The notes beneath the pieces are model-generated. The model ran no database searches and was not told where the DNA came from. It worked only from the letters and a program-made list of their open reading frames with translations. Of a stretch of 64,000 bases of DNA, positions 12,401 through 20,334 are shown one piece after another (the stretch's first letter is position 1; each line of letters starts with the position of its first letter). This stretch comes from a virus: IMG/VR virus record IMGVR_UViG_3300042564_000781, positions 56,668 to 120,667 of that record; one strand, given 5' to 3'. The position numbers were made by a program, and so were the translations under genes.

Positions 12401-15400
12401 CCAGGCCTCGCTAGTAGTTGGAGCACAAAAAACAGCAACTGTTGCATCTTATAGATATCTAAAAACTTTATTACTAACAGTTGTAGCTAATGATGCTACA
12501 GCAACTCGAAAAATTAAAGTGCTGATGGATATCATTATCAACACAATGTTAAATGGTATAGGTTCTACATCAGAAGTAACTGGTACCATAACTTATAAAA
12601 ATAATATTGGATTGTATAACGCAGCAGAGTCTCTAAGATTGAATAAAGAATTCTTAGCAAGCGAAGCTACGTCATGGATTAGTGCAAACTTTGGCGGAAC
12701 TGTGACAACAACTACTGCAACTACTAACCTGTTTACTACTAGCTCAGCGCACAATCTAATAGTAAGCGACCCTATTAGATTCACTGGGTCTATTATTACA
12801 AGTAGCGGAGTAACGCAGAATACTACATATTATGTATTAACAACACCTTCTGCTACTACGTTTACACTAAGTACATCACAAACTCTTCCTATTCCAGTTG
12901 ACGTAACTGCTAACGGAAGCGGCTCAATGACTGTAAATTATGCGTTTGATGTAACTTCTTGTAAGAGAGACATGAAAGAATACATCGATGGTATCATCTA
13001 TGATTTAAGTTATACTGGTAACTATCGTTCATTACGTGCTGCAGAATTGTATAACAACGCAGTAAGCGGATCGACACTCGCTAATATGTTCTATGTTAGC
13101 AACGGTACAGGTTTAAGAAACTGTACATTAACCGGATTAAACGGAACACTAACAGAAGAAAATGAATACGGAACTAAACGACCAACTGCAGGCGCATATG
13201 TTGCATTAAATCCAGGATTTGGCCCAAATGATAGCAATGTATGGGTTCAAACAAGATCACACTATTCACAAAACGTTACTATGTTTGGTACCGGATGTAG
13301 TGGTGCTAAGATTGACGGCGCAATACATGCCGGTGGCAATCGAAGCATGGTTAAAAACGACTTTACAACAATTCTAAGCGACGGATTGGGCGTATGGGTT
13401 ACGGGTGCTAATTCATTAACTGAATTAGTTTCAGTGTTTAACTACTACGGATATGCAGGGTACTTAGCAGAGCTAGGCGGTCGTATCCGTGCTACTAATG
13501 GTAACAGCTCATATGGTACGTACGGTACCATAGCTGAAGGAACTGACACTTACGAACAACCAATTTTTGCAGTCGTTGACAATAGACAACAAGATGCAGT
13601 TATAAGCAATGTTGTAGTAAATGGTGTTTTAGGGACAATTCTTCGTGTAGAGTACTCTAATGCCGGCGTTAATCATACTAATGCAGATATTGGAATTAGT
13701 GGCGATGGCATTAATGTAGTAACAATCACTAACGAATTCCGTGATGGTGGTGTATTCAATACTAGAATTTTTGATCCTAATGATGGTAGTGCTACAGCAG
13801 ACTATCCAGGGTATGGCGGATCAAACTATGTAAATGCTATTAATGCTGCACAGGGTGGTTCTCTAGGTGAGTTAACTATTGCTAACTCTGATGTTGCATT
13901 AGCAACCGCATATCCTACTATGAGAATTATGATAACTGCTGGTACAGGTGTTGGTCAATATGCTAATATCTTAGATTACAACAACGGTACCAAACTAGTA
14001 AAAATTTATAAAGATAGTTTTGCTACGTTAACTGTTACTGGCACTGCTGTTACCAACAATCTTTTAACGGTTGCAAGTACTGCTACATTATTTGCAGGAA
14101 TGTCAATTTACTTAGGCACAACAGTTAACGGACTAACTGATAACACTTTGTATTACGTCAGAACTGCTAACTTCTCTAGTACGCAATTCTCTGTAAGTTT
14201 AACAGGCGCTGCAGGAACCGCAGTAACTATTACTACAACTACTGCTAGCGGATTAACTATTCCGTTGTACGCCGCAGGATGGGATCATGCTGTTCCAGGA
14301 ACAACAGTTTCTAATGCAATTGACTTAACTTCTAGTTATATTATCGAACCGCGTATTAGCTATACTGCTCCTGGATATACTGCAACTACAAGAACAGTAC
14401 CTGCTAATACATACATTGGCTCAACATTTGGTAATAATAAATTTGTTGCAATTGGCAACACTGGCACTGCTACAGCCTATAGCCTAGATGGAAAAACATG
14501 GGCATCGGGCGGAGTATTGCCAGTCAGTGCCAACTGGGGAGATGTTATCTTTGGTGGCGGATCTGGTGTAGTAGCTTCGATCACAGTAGGTGGTTTAGGC
14601 GGTGTCGGAGCAATCTTAACACCTATTATGGGAACTGCTAACAGCATTGGACTGCCGGGCGCTGACCAAGTAGTCGGAGTCACTATTGTCGACGGTGGCC
14701 GAAACTATACAACTGCTCCAACAATTGTGTTTACTCCAACAAATGGCGGCCTGGGGGCAGTTGCAGTGTGTACTGTGTTAAATGGAAAAATTGATGCAAT
14801 CTATATTGATAACGTAGGTTATCCAGGCACTAGTAACGGTTCAGGTTATAATTCTCCTCCTATTGTAACTGCAGATTCTAGTAAAATTACTAAGATGATA
14901 ACAAGCCAGTGGGGAAGAAACTATACAACTCCGCCAACTGTTACAGTAAGCGCACCAGTCAGTGCTACTGCATGGTCTAGTGGTGATGCCGCAACCAGCG
15001 GCAATTACTATTCTCATGCTAACGTAGTTGGTTTAGTAACAACAACTAACTACTACCAAGCAGGTGCCACAGGCACGTTTGGCTCAGTAGCACCTACATT
15101 CCAAACAGGAACTGGCGCAAGCGGAACATACGGTGTTGCATTAACTTATGTAGGAACCTTAGCAACTGGAACTGCTGTTTTGACTAATTCTGGCGTAAGC
15201 AGCATAACTATAACAGAACCGGGGCAGGGTTATACAAGTACACCTACAATTTCTGTAGTAGATACTTCTGCTAAGTTTGTTGCAATTTCAGGCAGCGGAT
15301 CAGTTGATGCTGCATATTTGCTAGCTAGCTCAGCTAACACCGCATCATGGACAGCAGGCAATAATTTACCTACATCTACTATGACAGGAATTGCATATGG

Positions 15401-17279
15401 AGTTCTTAACGGAGTTAGCACATATGTAGTAGTAGGCGGAACCGGATCTAGTTCAGCAGCTTCTAGTGTAACTGGAATATCTTGGACTACACGTTCATTG
15501 CCAACATTAGGATCTGGTAACTACTCAGCAGTGGCTTTTGGTAACGGACAGTTTGTAGCAATATCAACAGGTTCTACCCTAGCAACCGCAACAAGCACAA
15601 ACGGCACTACATGGGTAGCCGGAGGTAACTTGCCATCAGGATTTACTACTGGTACAAGCATTACCTACGGTAATGGACGTTTTGTAGCAATTTGTTCAGC
15701 ATCTGGAACAGCAACTGCCTACAGTATTGACAACGGTACTACATGGAGAAGCTACGGTGTTGGATTACCATCTACACAGACATGGTCCAAAATTAAATAT
15801 GGTCAAGGACAATTTATAGCAATTGCTACAGGTAGTACAGTATGTGCTACAAGCCCAGACGGTATCAACTGGACACTACGTACTATGCCAGGTAGCTCGT
15901 CTACTTGGTCAACACTATCATTTGGTAATATAAACTCTAGACCGTTATGGATTGCTATGAGTTCAACTAGTGGACAAAATGCAGCTTCTATTAATACCGG
16001 AGCACAAGCACTAGGACGTATAGCTGTAGCATCGGGCACAATGACTGAGGTTAGAATGGTTGAACCGGGCAGTGCATATCCTCAGGGAACTGTAACAGCA
16101 ACTACTGATATTACTAACTTGATTACTGCAGATACTACAGAAAACTTGATTGATAGTCAACCAATTGTATTTTCAAATTGTAACGGCAGTGGCATTGTAA
16201 CTGAAAAATTATATTATGTAATTGGATCAACTGTAACTAGCACACAATTTAAGGTTAGTCTAGTGGCAGGAAGTAGCACAGCAGTGGTATTAACCTCAGC
16301 TACTGGGTTAACTGGTACTTATAAAGCTGGACCGATTATAACACAGTTTGATCCTAACAAGGTTATAACAGCATCACTAAACCCACGCACTGGCAACGGT
16401 GTACTGGCTAACCCAAGTTTTTACAATAGAGGAAACACGTTTACCACAGCAACTGGTACATCTGCAGGTGACGGTAATGCTGATCTATATCAGCCTAGTA
16501 CATTTATTGCCGTTAGAAACTTACACAGAGTACCAGCAGCTGGGTCAAATGTGGTATTTGGTTCTTTACCAAGTACCTGGTATAAATTAGTTGCAGCAAC
16601 AAATGTTCTAGGCAATGCTGGAGAGTATACTGCTACATTCCAAATTAGCCCAGGAATTAGTGTATTAGAAGCGCCAATTGATGCAGATTTAATAACTACT
16701 ACTATTAAGTATAGTCAAGTTCGTTTAACTGGACATGACTTCTTGTATATTGGTACTGGAAATCAAGCACAGACTAACTATCCGTTTGTTGACCCTACTA
16801 CTGCTAGTATTGCGGCGCAAACTAATAGTTCAGGTGGAGGGCGTGTGTTCTTTACAAGTACTGACCAAGACGGAAACTTTAACGTTGGTAACTTGTTTGG
16901 AGTTCAACAGTCAACCGGTACTGCTACATTGAACGCCGATGCGTTTAACTTATCGGGATTACAATCCTTACAGTTAGGCGCATTGAATATTGGTGTTGGA
17001 TCAGCAATTATTACACAGTTTAGTACAGATCCGTATTTTACTGCAAACAGTGATAATATTGTACCTACACAGCGAGCAATTAAATCTTATATTACAGCCC
17101 AGATTGGTGGCGGACAGAGCTCATTAAATGTAAATACCCTAACAGCAGGTGTTGTGTATATTGCTAATGATTCTATTTCAACAACCAGTGGCGGTCAGTT
17201 AAATATAAAAGCAAAAATGAATTTTACAGGTGGAATTGACGGTGCTCCAGTAGCATTGGGATTCTTTTTACAACGATAA
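6471..17279 (+). CDS. Giant 3602-aa virion structural/fibre protein: CBM5/12-like Trp repeats, 8 CxRD helical repeats, pectin-lyase-like domain, propeller repeats
   Basis: Long uninterrupted ORF with N-terminal W-x5-Y-x2-GD-x-V-x-YGG repeats and the same domain skeleton as the upstream gene. Confidence 0.85.
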   Translation: MAEFKLGRIRFVWKGQWTVGTPYLIDDVVSNGGKSYICVVNHTASSLFDTDLDYPGVPRWEIVADGTQWNGNWEPETYYNPGAVVKYGALVYICKTGHTSATYVAPTYLGLEDDQVNWELFATSFSWEGTWTTATRYRLNDFVVYGGTTYVCNTPHISAAISASITATNFTVLAGTATLTFASKVVAPYAVGATITLAGFSPAATTSPANNINTTFTVLTCTTTQLTFALTGTYTNSVLGTVSGTSQLGLELDAAKWDTFNQGITYLGDWNSASLPGGANVRYKQNDIVKWGADLWICITPHTSTGATIDTSKFSVFVNGFQFENSWNNSTVYQIGDTITYGGYSYIAKTNHTNKQPTSNPSDWAVFTTGINFVGEYDETTNYRVGDLIRNGAYTYIARLDSLAQTPVSATTYWARLNSGLRWTNTPETYLAVDSVAVLPGVGSGAKFDVTRTGTVYNVTLTSGQAGINYAALDRIKILGSNLGGISPANDITITVVTVSTSAVATFTASGRSVTWTVDTDYLLGDTASFGANSYICIDAHTSSSLNRPDADAQGDYWNLLTAGSEYNILTTTGDLVYYGDNGPERLPVGTNGQVLRSQDGVPVWANYGLINNLVFVGPLGRDVAYPDAGSTIDQPWKSVRYAAKQVEEGYLNPQAKMLLVKNKQFMMKEITNWVNYTYTVRISAADSLDDIFTCITTVNLVVNMPISFTGTIGGVTAGVTYYVKTIVNGTTFTISDLSGGTLRQLTTGSGTMTGSLVYDYAFCERDTGLIVDALIHDITHGGTGKITAAAKAYYTAAGNAYINNNFGAQTTQTVAAYTYLSTLVEKILGNIAWRNYQAMNGITSGVIQIVDTSFTAEAGTSITAAELLSIITNGILAGSVTAIPVAIYPNTTISVKTGTFTEVLPIVISPYTAVVGDELRSSVIQPATANPLLATDKAKTTSALNRIASVAGDIVQNIVVTPTVGNTETQYYVGGYAGSGTTSTAVGAKTTVISTILSGGLGSVPSTVISDPAGYDAGYLNARRLVVANKAFLQAEISAWINVQIAGNIAPFVGFTYGGTDQTNCERDVGYIVDALRYDLTYGGNLETIVAARAYYSYGSYVGDSASKLRALAVQNRIKSIIDNIAVGDNSGWTKSVGNALNQDDSLPHGSVPAGAFAQARIQEIYNTIDTGVTPDTIEPPTSWVSNDLVLAKIAITNLKAGIQAGAIEYISTKYPTLTYNTVTCSRDVGYMVDAVAYDVMFGSNFRSITAGRSYYRATASAQYVIANQLAATLDTITYIDTAIRQITTGQSGSVGSTLAVSRVETSANTMYDIIASGLGSIPTLVLPTPTGGTGNAYDSNYLNARQQIVENYAFIKAEIAQYLNVNYNAVWVALGATGQAGCARDIGYILDGVRYDITYGGNLQSLIVGSAYYSNYVLAIGSGELTATVAAYTRIKTIVGQIAQRQTVTPTVGYSGPSQYLGGTGDLVGTAATFAQDRVQDVIDWVSNGYANATITPSIAWASSALQTAFAEVQAKRSEIQADTLWWVYKNYQNLNFNADLCSRDAGYIVDALSYDLVFGSNFAAITAGRSYQRATPSAQVVATVQRQAELGSVNFIKYKVKHIAASGAVAQINAIVSDVTGFINGGAIPRVQWTNPSTITSAYAAATVLLRDNAPFIQAEITAWINVQIAANASGFVGLQFSRSACERDVGLIIEALVYDLTYGYGVGNIGKIATLIAGKAYYSALTSVLQIDSGDSTATIAAYNRLKAVAQSVVQDTAVTPSAGNSVSQVRAVTGQTVGSVATATSVGTLVDVITNIITNGLTTGVPQITISAVAGGTTFTSGTHNLAVGDVVIPQSTPTTGNGGFGLVSGTRYYVASTPLGTTFTLAAYQGGAAITTFTNGTGLTIAAEINNLPSTSWVSASLVTLRNALQSNKATIKNQITQYIATNYTTLVYNSSTCERDVGLIVDYIAYDMMFDSNYLTITSARSYFRAQASLVVGAQKTATVASYRYLKTLLLTVVANDATATRKIKVLMDIIINTMLNGIGSTSEVTGTITYKNNIGLYNAAESLRLNKEFLASEATSWISANFGGTVTTTTATTNLFTTSSAHNLIVSDPIRFTGSIITSSGVTQNTTYYVLTTPSATTFTLSTSQTLPIPVDVTANGSGSMTVNYAFDVTSCKRDMKEYIDGIIYDLSYTGNYRSLRAAELYNNAVSGSTLANMFYVSNGTGLRNCTLTGLNGTLTEENEYGTKRPTAGAYVALNPGFGPNDSNVWVQTRSHYSQNVTMFGTGCSGAKIDGAIHAGGNRSMVKNDFTTILSDGLGVWVTGANSLTELVSVFNYYGYAGYLAELGGRIRATNGNSSYGTYGTIAEGTDTYEQPIFAVVDNRQQDAVISNVVVNGVLGTILRVEYSNAGVNHTNADIGISGDGINVVTITNEFRDGGVFNTRIFDPNDGSATADYPGYGGSNYVNAINAAQGGSLGELTIANSDVALATAYPTMRIMITAGTGVGQYANILDYNNGTKLVKIYKDSFATLTVTGTAVTNNLLTVASTATLFAGMSIYLGTTVNGLTDNTLYYVRTANFSSTQFSVSLTGAAGTAVTITTTTASGLTIPLYAAGWDHAVPGTTVSNAIDLTSSYIIEPRISYTAPGYTATTRTVPANTYIGSTFGNNKFVAIGNTGTATAYSLDGKTWASGGVLPVSANWGDVIFGGGSGVVASITVGGLGGVGAILTPIMGTANSIGLPGADQVVGVTIVDGGRNYTTAPTIVFTPTNGGLGAVAVCTVLNGKIDAIYIDNVGYPGTSNGSGYNSPPIVTADSSKITKMITSQWGRNYTTPPTVTVSAPVSATAWSSGDAATSGNYYSHANVVGLVTTTNYYQAGATGTFGSVAPTFQTGTGASGTYGVALTYVGTLATGTAVLTNSGVSSITITEPGQGYTSTPTISVVDTSAKFVAISGSGSVDAAYLLASSANTASWTAGNNLPTSTMTGIAYGVLNGVSTYVVVGGTGSSSAASSVTGISWTTRSLPTLGSGNYSAVAFGNGQFVAISTGSTLATATSTNGTTWVAGGNLPSGFTTGTSITYGNGRFVAICSASGTATAYSIDNGTTWRSYGVGLPSTQTWSKIKYGQGQFIAIATGSTVCATSPDGINWTLRTMPGSSSTWSTLSFGNINSRPLWIAMSSTSGQNAASINTGAQALGRIAVASGTMTEVRMVEPGSAYPQGTVTATTDITNLITADTTENLIDSQPIVFSNCNGSGIVTEKLYYVIGSTVTSTQFKVSLVAGSSTAVVLTSATGLTGTYKAGPIITQFDPNKVITASLNPRTGNGVLANPSFYNRGNTFTTATGTSAGDGNADLYQPSTFIAVRNLHRVPAAGSNVVFGSLPSTWYKLVAATNVLGNAGEYTATFQISPGISVLEAPIDADLITTTIKYSQVRLTGHDFLYIGTGNQAQTNYPFVDPTTASIAAQTNSSGGGRVFFTSTDQDGNFNVGNLFGVQQSTGTATLNADAFNLSGLQSLQLGALNIGVGSAIITQFSTDPYFTANSDNIVPTQRAIKSYITAQIGGGQSSLNVNTLTAGVVYIANDSISTTSGGQLNIKAKMNFTGGIDGAPVALGFFLQR
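8760..13020 (+). repeat. Eight protein-level repeats with core C-x-R-D-x-G-x-I-V-D-A-x-x-Y-D-x-x-[YF]-G-[GS]-N
   Basis: Cys codons at about 8760, 9666, 10146, 10620, 11100, 11535, 12300 and 12960. The core spacing is 145-160 aa. Confidence 0.9.
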
Positions 17280-17296
17280 TTTTGGAGAAATAAAAA

Positions 17297-17629
17297 ATGG
17301 CAACAGGAAGATTAGGTAATATTGCGGTAGGTGTGGCAACTAACGCAACGGCATACACCGTGCCGGCGGGATTCTACACAGTTTGTAATGTGACGTTAGT
17401 GAATCGAAACGCAACAGCAGTTAGGATTCGAGTAGCAATGACAACTTCGGGTGGCGCTACGCCAACACCAAACCCACAAGAATGGTTAGAATATGATACT
17501 ATTGTTGTGCCAGGCGGTGTGTTCGAGCGAACTGGTCTGGTATTAAATTACGGACTAAATATAGTGGTATATTCAGATGCTGCAAATGTTGGGTGTACAG
17601 TATATGGCATCGAAACTTCAACAGTATAA
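17297..17629 (+). CDS. Small beta-rich virion/tail-associated protein
   Basis: 110 aa with a GGAG SD site, located between fibre genes. Confidence 0.65.
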   Translation: MATGRLGNIAVGVATNATAYTVPAGFYTVCNVTLVNRNATAVRIRVAMTTSGGATPTPNPQEWLEYDTIVVPGGVFERTGLVLNYGLNIVVYSDAANVGCTVYGIETSTV

Positions 17630-17642
17630 TAGGTGAGATAAT

Positions 17643-19715
17643 ATGGCACGTTTTAACACTACACAATCGACAATTTCAGTAACGGAGGCTACTACACTAA
17701 CCTACGTACTTGATAAGTCTACAATTTTATTATCCGGCACAGCAGGTTACACCTTAACATTATCGACCCCAGTACCATTTCCGGGCACAATTCAAAGTAT
17801 ATACAACTCCACAGGTGGCAATGTAACTATTCAAACATCAGCTGGAAATATAATTGGTAATGGATTTACGGCTGCTACTACTCAAATTATTCCAAATAAT
17901 ACCACTTATACTCTAACATCAAATGGCACAGATTATATTATTACTAATAATCAAGGTGGTCCAATTTCGGTTACAGCTGGTACATTTAGTGGTGCATTAA
18001 CTGCAAACAGTACAGTATCGTTAAGTCCGGCAAACGCAAACGTAACAGCTAGTCCAACAGGATCTGGTACTGTTACTATTGCTCCAGCAACTGCTGGTAC
18101 AATCAATAATGTAGCAATTGGCGGCACTACTAGAGGCGCCGGTAATTTTACTACACTAGATGCTAATGCAGCAGTGGGATTAAGCCCATCAAATGCTACT
18201 GTAACAATCAGTCCAACTGGTACTGGTACAGTAGCAATGAGTCCTGCTACTACCGGTAACATTAATAACACAAACATTGGTGGTACTACTCGGGCCGCAG
18301 GCGCATTTACCACACTAGGTTCAAATGCACAAGTGACCATGACTGGTGGCACAACCAGTACTACTACTGGCACTGGTCAAGTAGTTGTAACAGGCGGTGT
18401 AGGTGTCAGTGAAAATTTAAACGTTGGCGGTACAATTACATCAGCATCCAGCGGCATACAAAATACCCCAATTGGTGGTACTACTCGAGCAGCAGGAGCA
18501 TTTACTACATTAGCAGCTAACTCAACAATTACAATGTCGGGTGCAGCTACTTTTTCTAGTACTATCATTGTACCTGAACCATCAAGTTCAACTCACGCAG
18601 CATCTAAAAACTATGTTGATACTAAAATTTCTTGGTCAACACCTTCAACAATTTATCTTACTAAAACGACTGGTTCAATGTCCTATGCTTTTGCAGCGGG
18701 CAACATTGCTGGAGATTCAGTTTCATATAGTTTAATATCTGGTTCAGTACCAGCAGGCATGAGCCTAGCATCAAATGGTCTTCTTAGTGGGACTCCGTCT
18801 GCAACATCAAATACTACTTACACGTTTACTTTACGAGCAACTGGCGGATCGCCTACGCAAAACGTTGATAGGGCATTTACCTTTTATCTTATAATACCGC
18901 CTCCAGTAGGCCAAATTTTGTATGAAGGATCTCAAAGCGGTACCAATGGCGGTGTAACAGCATATACATGGGTTGCACCTGCTGGTGTTTCCACAGTGAG
19001 TGTGGCTGTAATTGGCGCAGGCGGTGGCGGCTATTATGGGTGGGCTGTGTGCGGCGGATCAGGCGGCGGCATGGCATGGGGAGCAGGAATACCTGTCACC
19101 CCAGGGTCCAGTTACACAGTTCAAGTTGGAGACGGTGGCTGCTGGAGCGGCAACGGTGGCGGATATTCATGTTTTCCAAACTTTATGGGCGGCGGCGGTC
19201 GTTGCGGATGTTGCCAAGGATGTTGCGCCTATGGCGGTTCGTACACTGCTGCCTGCGGTAGTAGTGGTATGGTAGCGTATCCAGATACAGCCGGAGGTGG
19301 CGGTGGCGCTGGCGGTTATGGCCCAACTAACTGTAATGCAGCCACTTCTGGATATCGAGGATGCTACGGCGGTGGTGGCAGCGCAACCAGCCACCACTCA
19401 TCAACTCACGGCACAGGAGGCGGTGGCGGCACAGGCATCCTTGGCCAAGGTACAGACGGTGCATGTGGCAATCCCGGCACAGGCCATGGTACATCAGGCG
19501 GTGCCGGCCAAGGTGGATCCGGCGGAACTTGTGGCAAATACGGAGAACCATATTCAAACGGTCAGGGTAACGGATTTGCCTGCGGTGGCAACTATGGTGG
19601 CGGCGGAGGCGGAGGCGGAACCGGCCAAGGCGGCGGCTGGGGCGGCAAAGGTGCAGTCCGTATCATTTGGGGACCGGGCCGATCATATCCAAGCACTGGT
19701 ACAGCTAATCAATAA
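17643..19715 (+). CDS. Tail fibre/adhesin with Ig-like domain and Gly/Cys-rich C-terminal tip
   Basis: Three NxxIGGTTRxAGxFTTL repeats, an AASKNYVD fibre motif, an Ig-like GSVPAGMSLASNGLLSGTP segment, and a Gly-rich domain ending GGKGAVRIIW. A fibre chaperone gene follows. Confidence 0.8.
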   Translation: MARFNTTQSTISVTEATTLTYVLDKSTILLSGTAGYTLTLSTPVPFPGTIQSIYNSTGGNVTIQTSAGNIIGNGFTAATTQIIPNNTTYTLTSNGTDYIITNNQGGPISVTAGTFSGALTANSTVSLSPANANVTASPTGSGTVTIAPATAGTINNVAIGGTTRGAGNFTTLDANAAVGLSPSNATVTISPTGTGTVAMSPATTGNINNTNIGGTTRAAGAFTTLGSNAQVTMTGGTTSTTTGTGQVVVTGGVGVSENLNVGGTITSASSGIQNTPIGGTTRAAGAFTTLAANSTITMSGAATFSSTIIVPEPSSSTHAASKNYVDTKISWSTPSTIYLTKTTGSMSYAFAAGNIAGDSVSYSLISGSVPAGMSLASNGLLSGTPSATSNTTYTFTLRATGGSPTQNVDRAFTFYLIIPPPVGQILYEGSQSGTNGGVTAYTWVAPAGVSTVSVAVIGAGGGGYYGWAVCGGSGGGMAWGAGIPVTPGSSYTVQVGDGGCWSGNGGGYSCFPNFMGGGGRCGCCQGCCAYGGSYTAACGSSGMVAYPDTAGGGGGAGGYGPTNCNAATSGYRGCYGGGGSATSHHSSTHGTGGGGGTGILGQGTDGACGNPGTGHGTSGGAGQGGSGGTCGKYGEPYSNGQGNGFACGGNYGGGGGGGGTGQGGGWGGKGAVRIIWGPGRSYPSTGTANQ

Positions 19716-19738
19716 TAGAATAACGAGGATAATTACTA

Positions 19739-20293
19739 ATGAAAATATATGTAAAGATTGATGAGAATGGAGATCCTGCATCATACCCAATAACCCAAGA
19801 AAATTTAAATCATGTCTTTGGAATGGGTACCGACTGGGATGACGAATTTGCCTTGACGCAAGGGTTTTCTGTAGTTAATAATTCTGAAATGCCCGCACTT
19901 GAAACATACACCGAAGTTACAAAAGGTGAAATTGTTAAAAACGCCCAAGGTAAAATTGAGCAGATGTGGTCTGTTACGGAAATTTCACGAGAAGAAAAAA
20001 TAAGAAGATGGATTCTAGGCCCACGAGAATATTACTTAATATCTTGCGACTGGACTCAACTCCCTGATGCTCCAATTAGTGATGAAGAAAGGGCACAATG
20101 GACAATTTATCGAGCAGCTCTCAGGAACATTACCGATACTACTGATATTGATATCTTAAAAGATAGAATTGATGTACCCTGGCCAGAGCCGCCGACAAAA
20201 CCGTCAAAAGATACCAAGTATGCAATAGCTCCACCACCGCTACCAAGATTGGATCCACTTGCACTAATAATACCACCAGTAGAACCGGTATAA
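19739..20293 (+). CDS. Tail fibre assembly chaperone
   Basis: Contains the R..L...DWTQLPDAP...W..YRxALRxI...PWPxPP motif typical of phage tail assembly chaperones. Confidence 0.8.
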   Translation: MKIYVKIDENGDPASYPITQENLNHVFGMGTDWDDEFALTQGFSVVNNSEMPALETYTEVTKGEIVKNAQGKIEQMWSVTEISREEKIRRWILGPREYYLISCDWTQLPDAPISDEERAQWTIYRAALRNITDTTDIDILKDRIDVPWPEPPTKPSKDTKYAIAPPPLPRLDPLALIIPPVEPV

Positions 20294-20301
20294 TTATTAA
20301 T

Positions 20302-20330
20302 AAAAAACGGACTGTATAGTCCGTTTTTTT
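20302..20330. terminator. Bidirectional intrinsic terminator
   Basis: AAAAAACGGACT-gtat-AGTCCGTTTTTT between convergent genes. Confidence 0.85.
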
Positions 20331-20334
20331 ATGA

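Noticed and set aside
18889-19761. Locally high GC and several overlapping Arg/Ala-rich ORFs, suggesting foreign DNA or overprinting
   Set aside because: Explained by GGC/GGT/TGC codons of the Gly/Cys-rich fibre tip.
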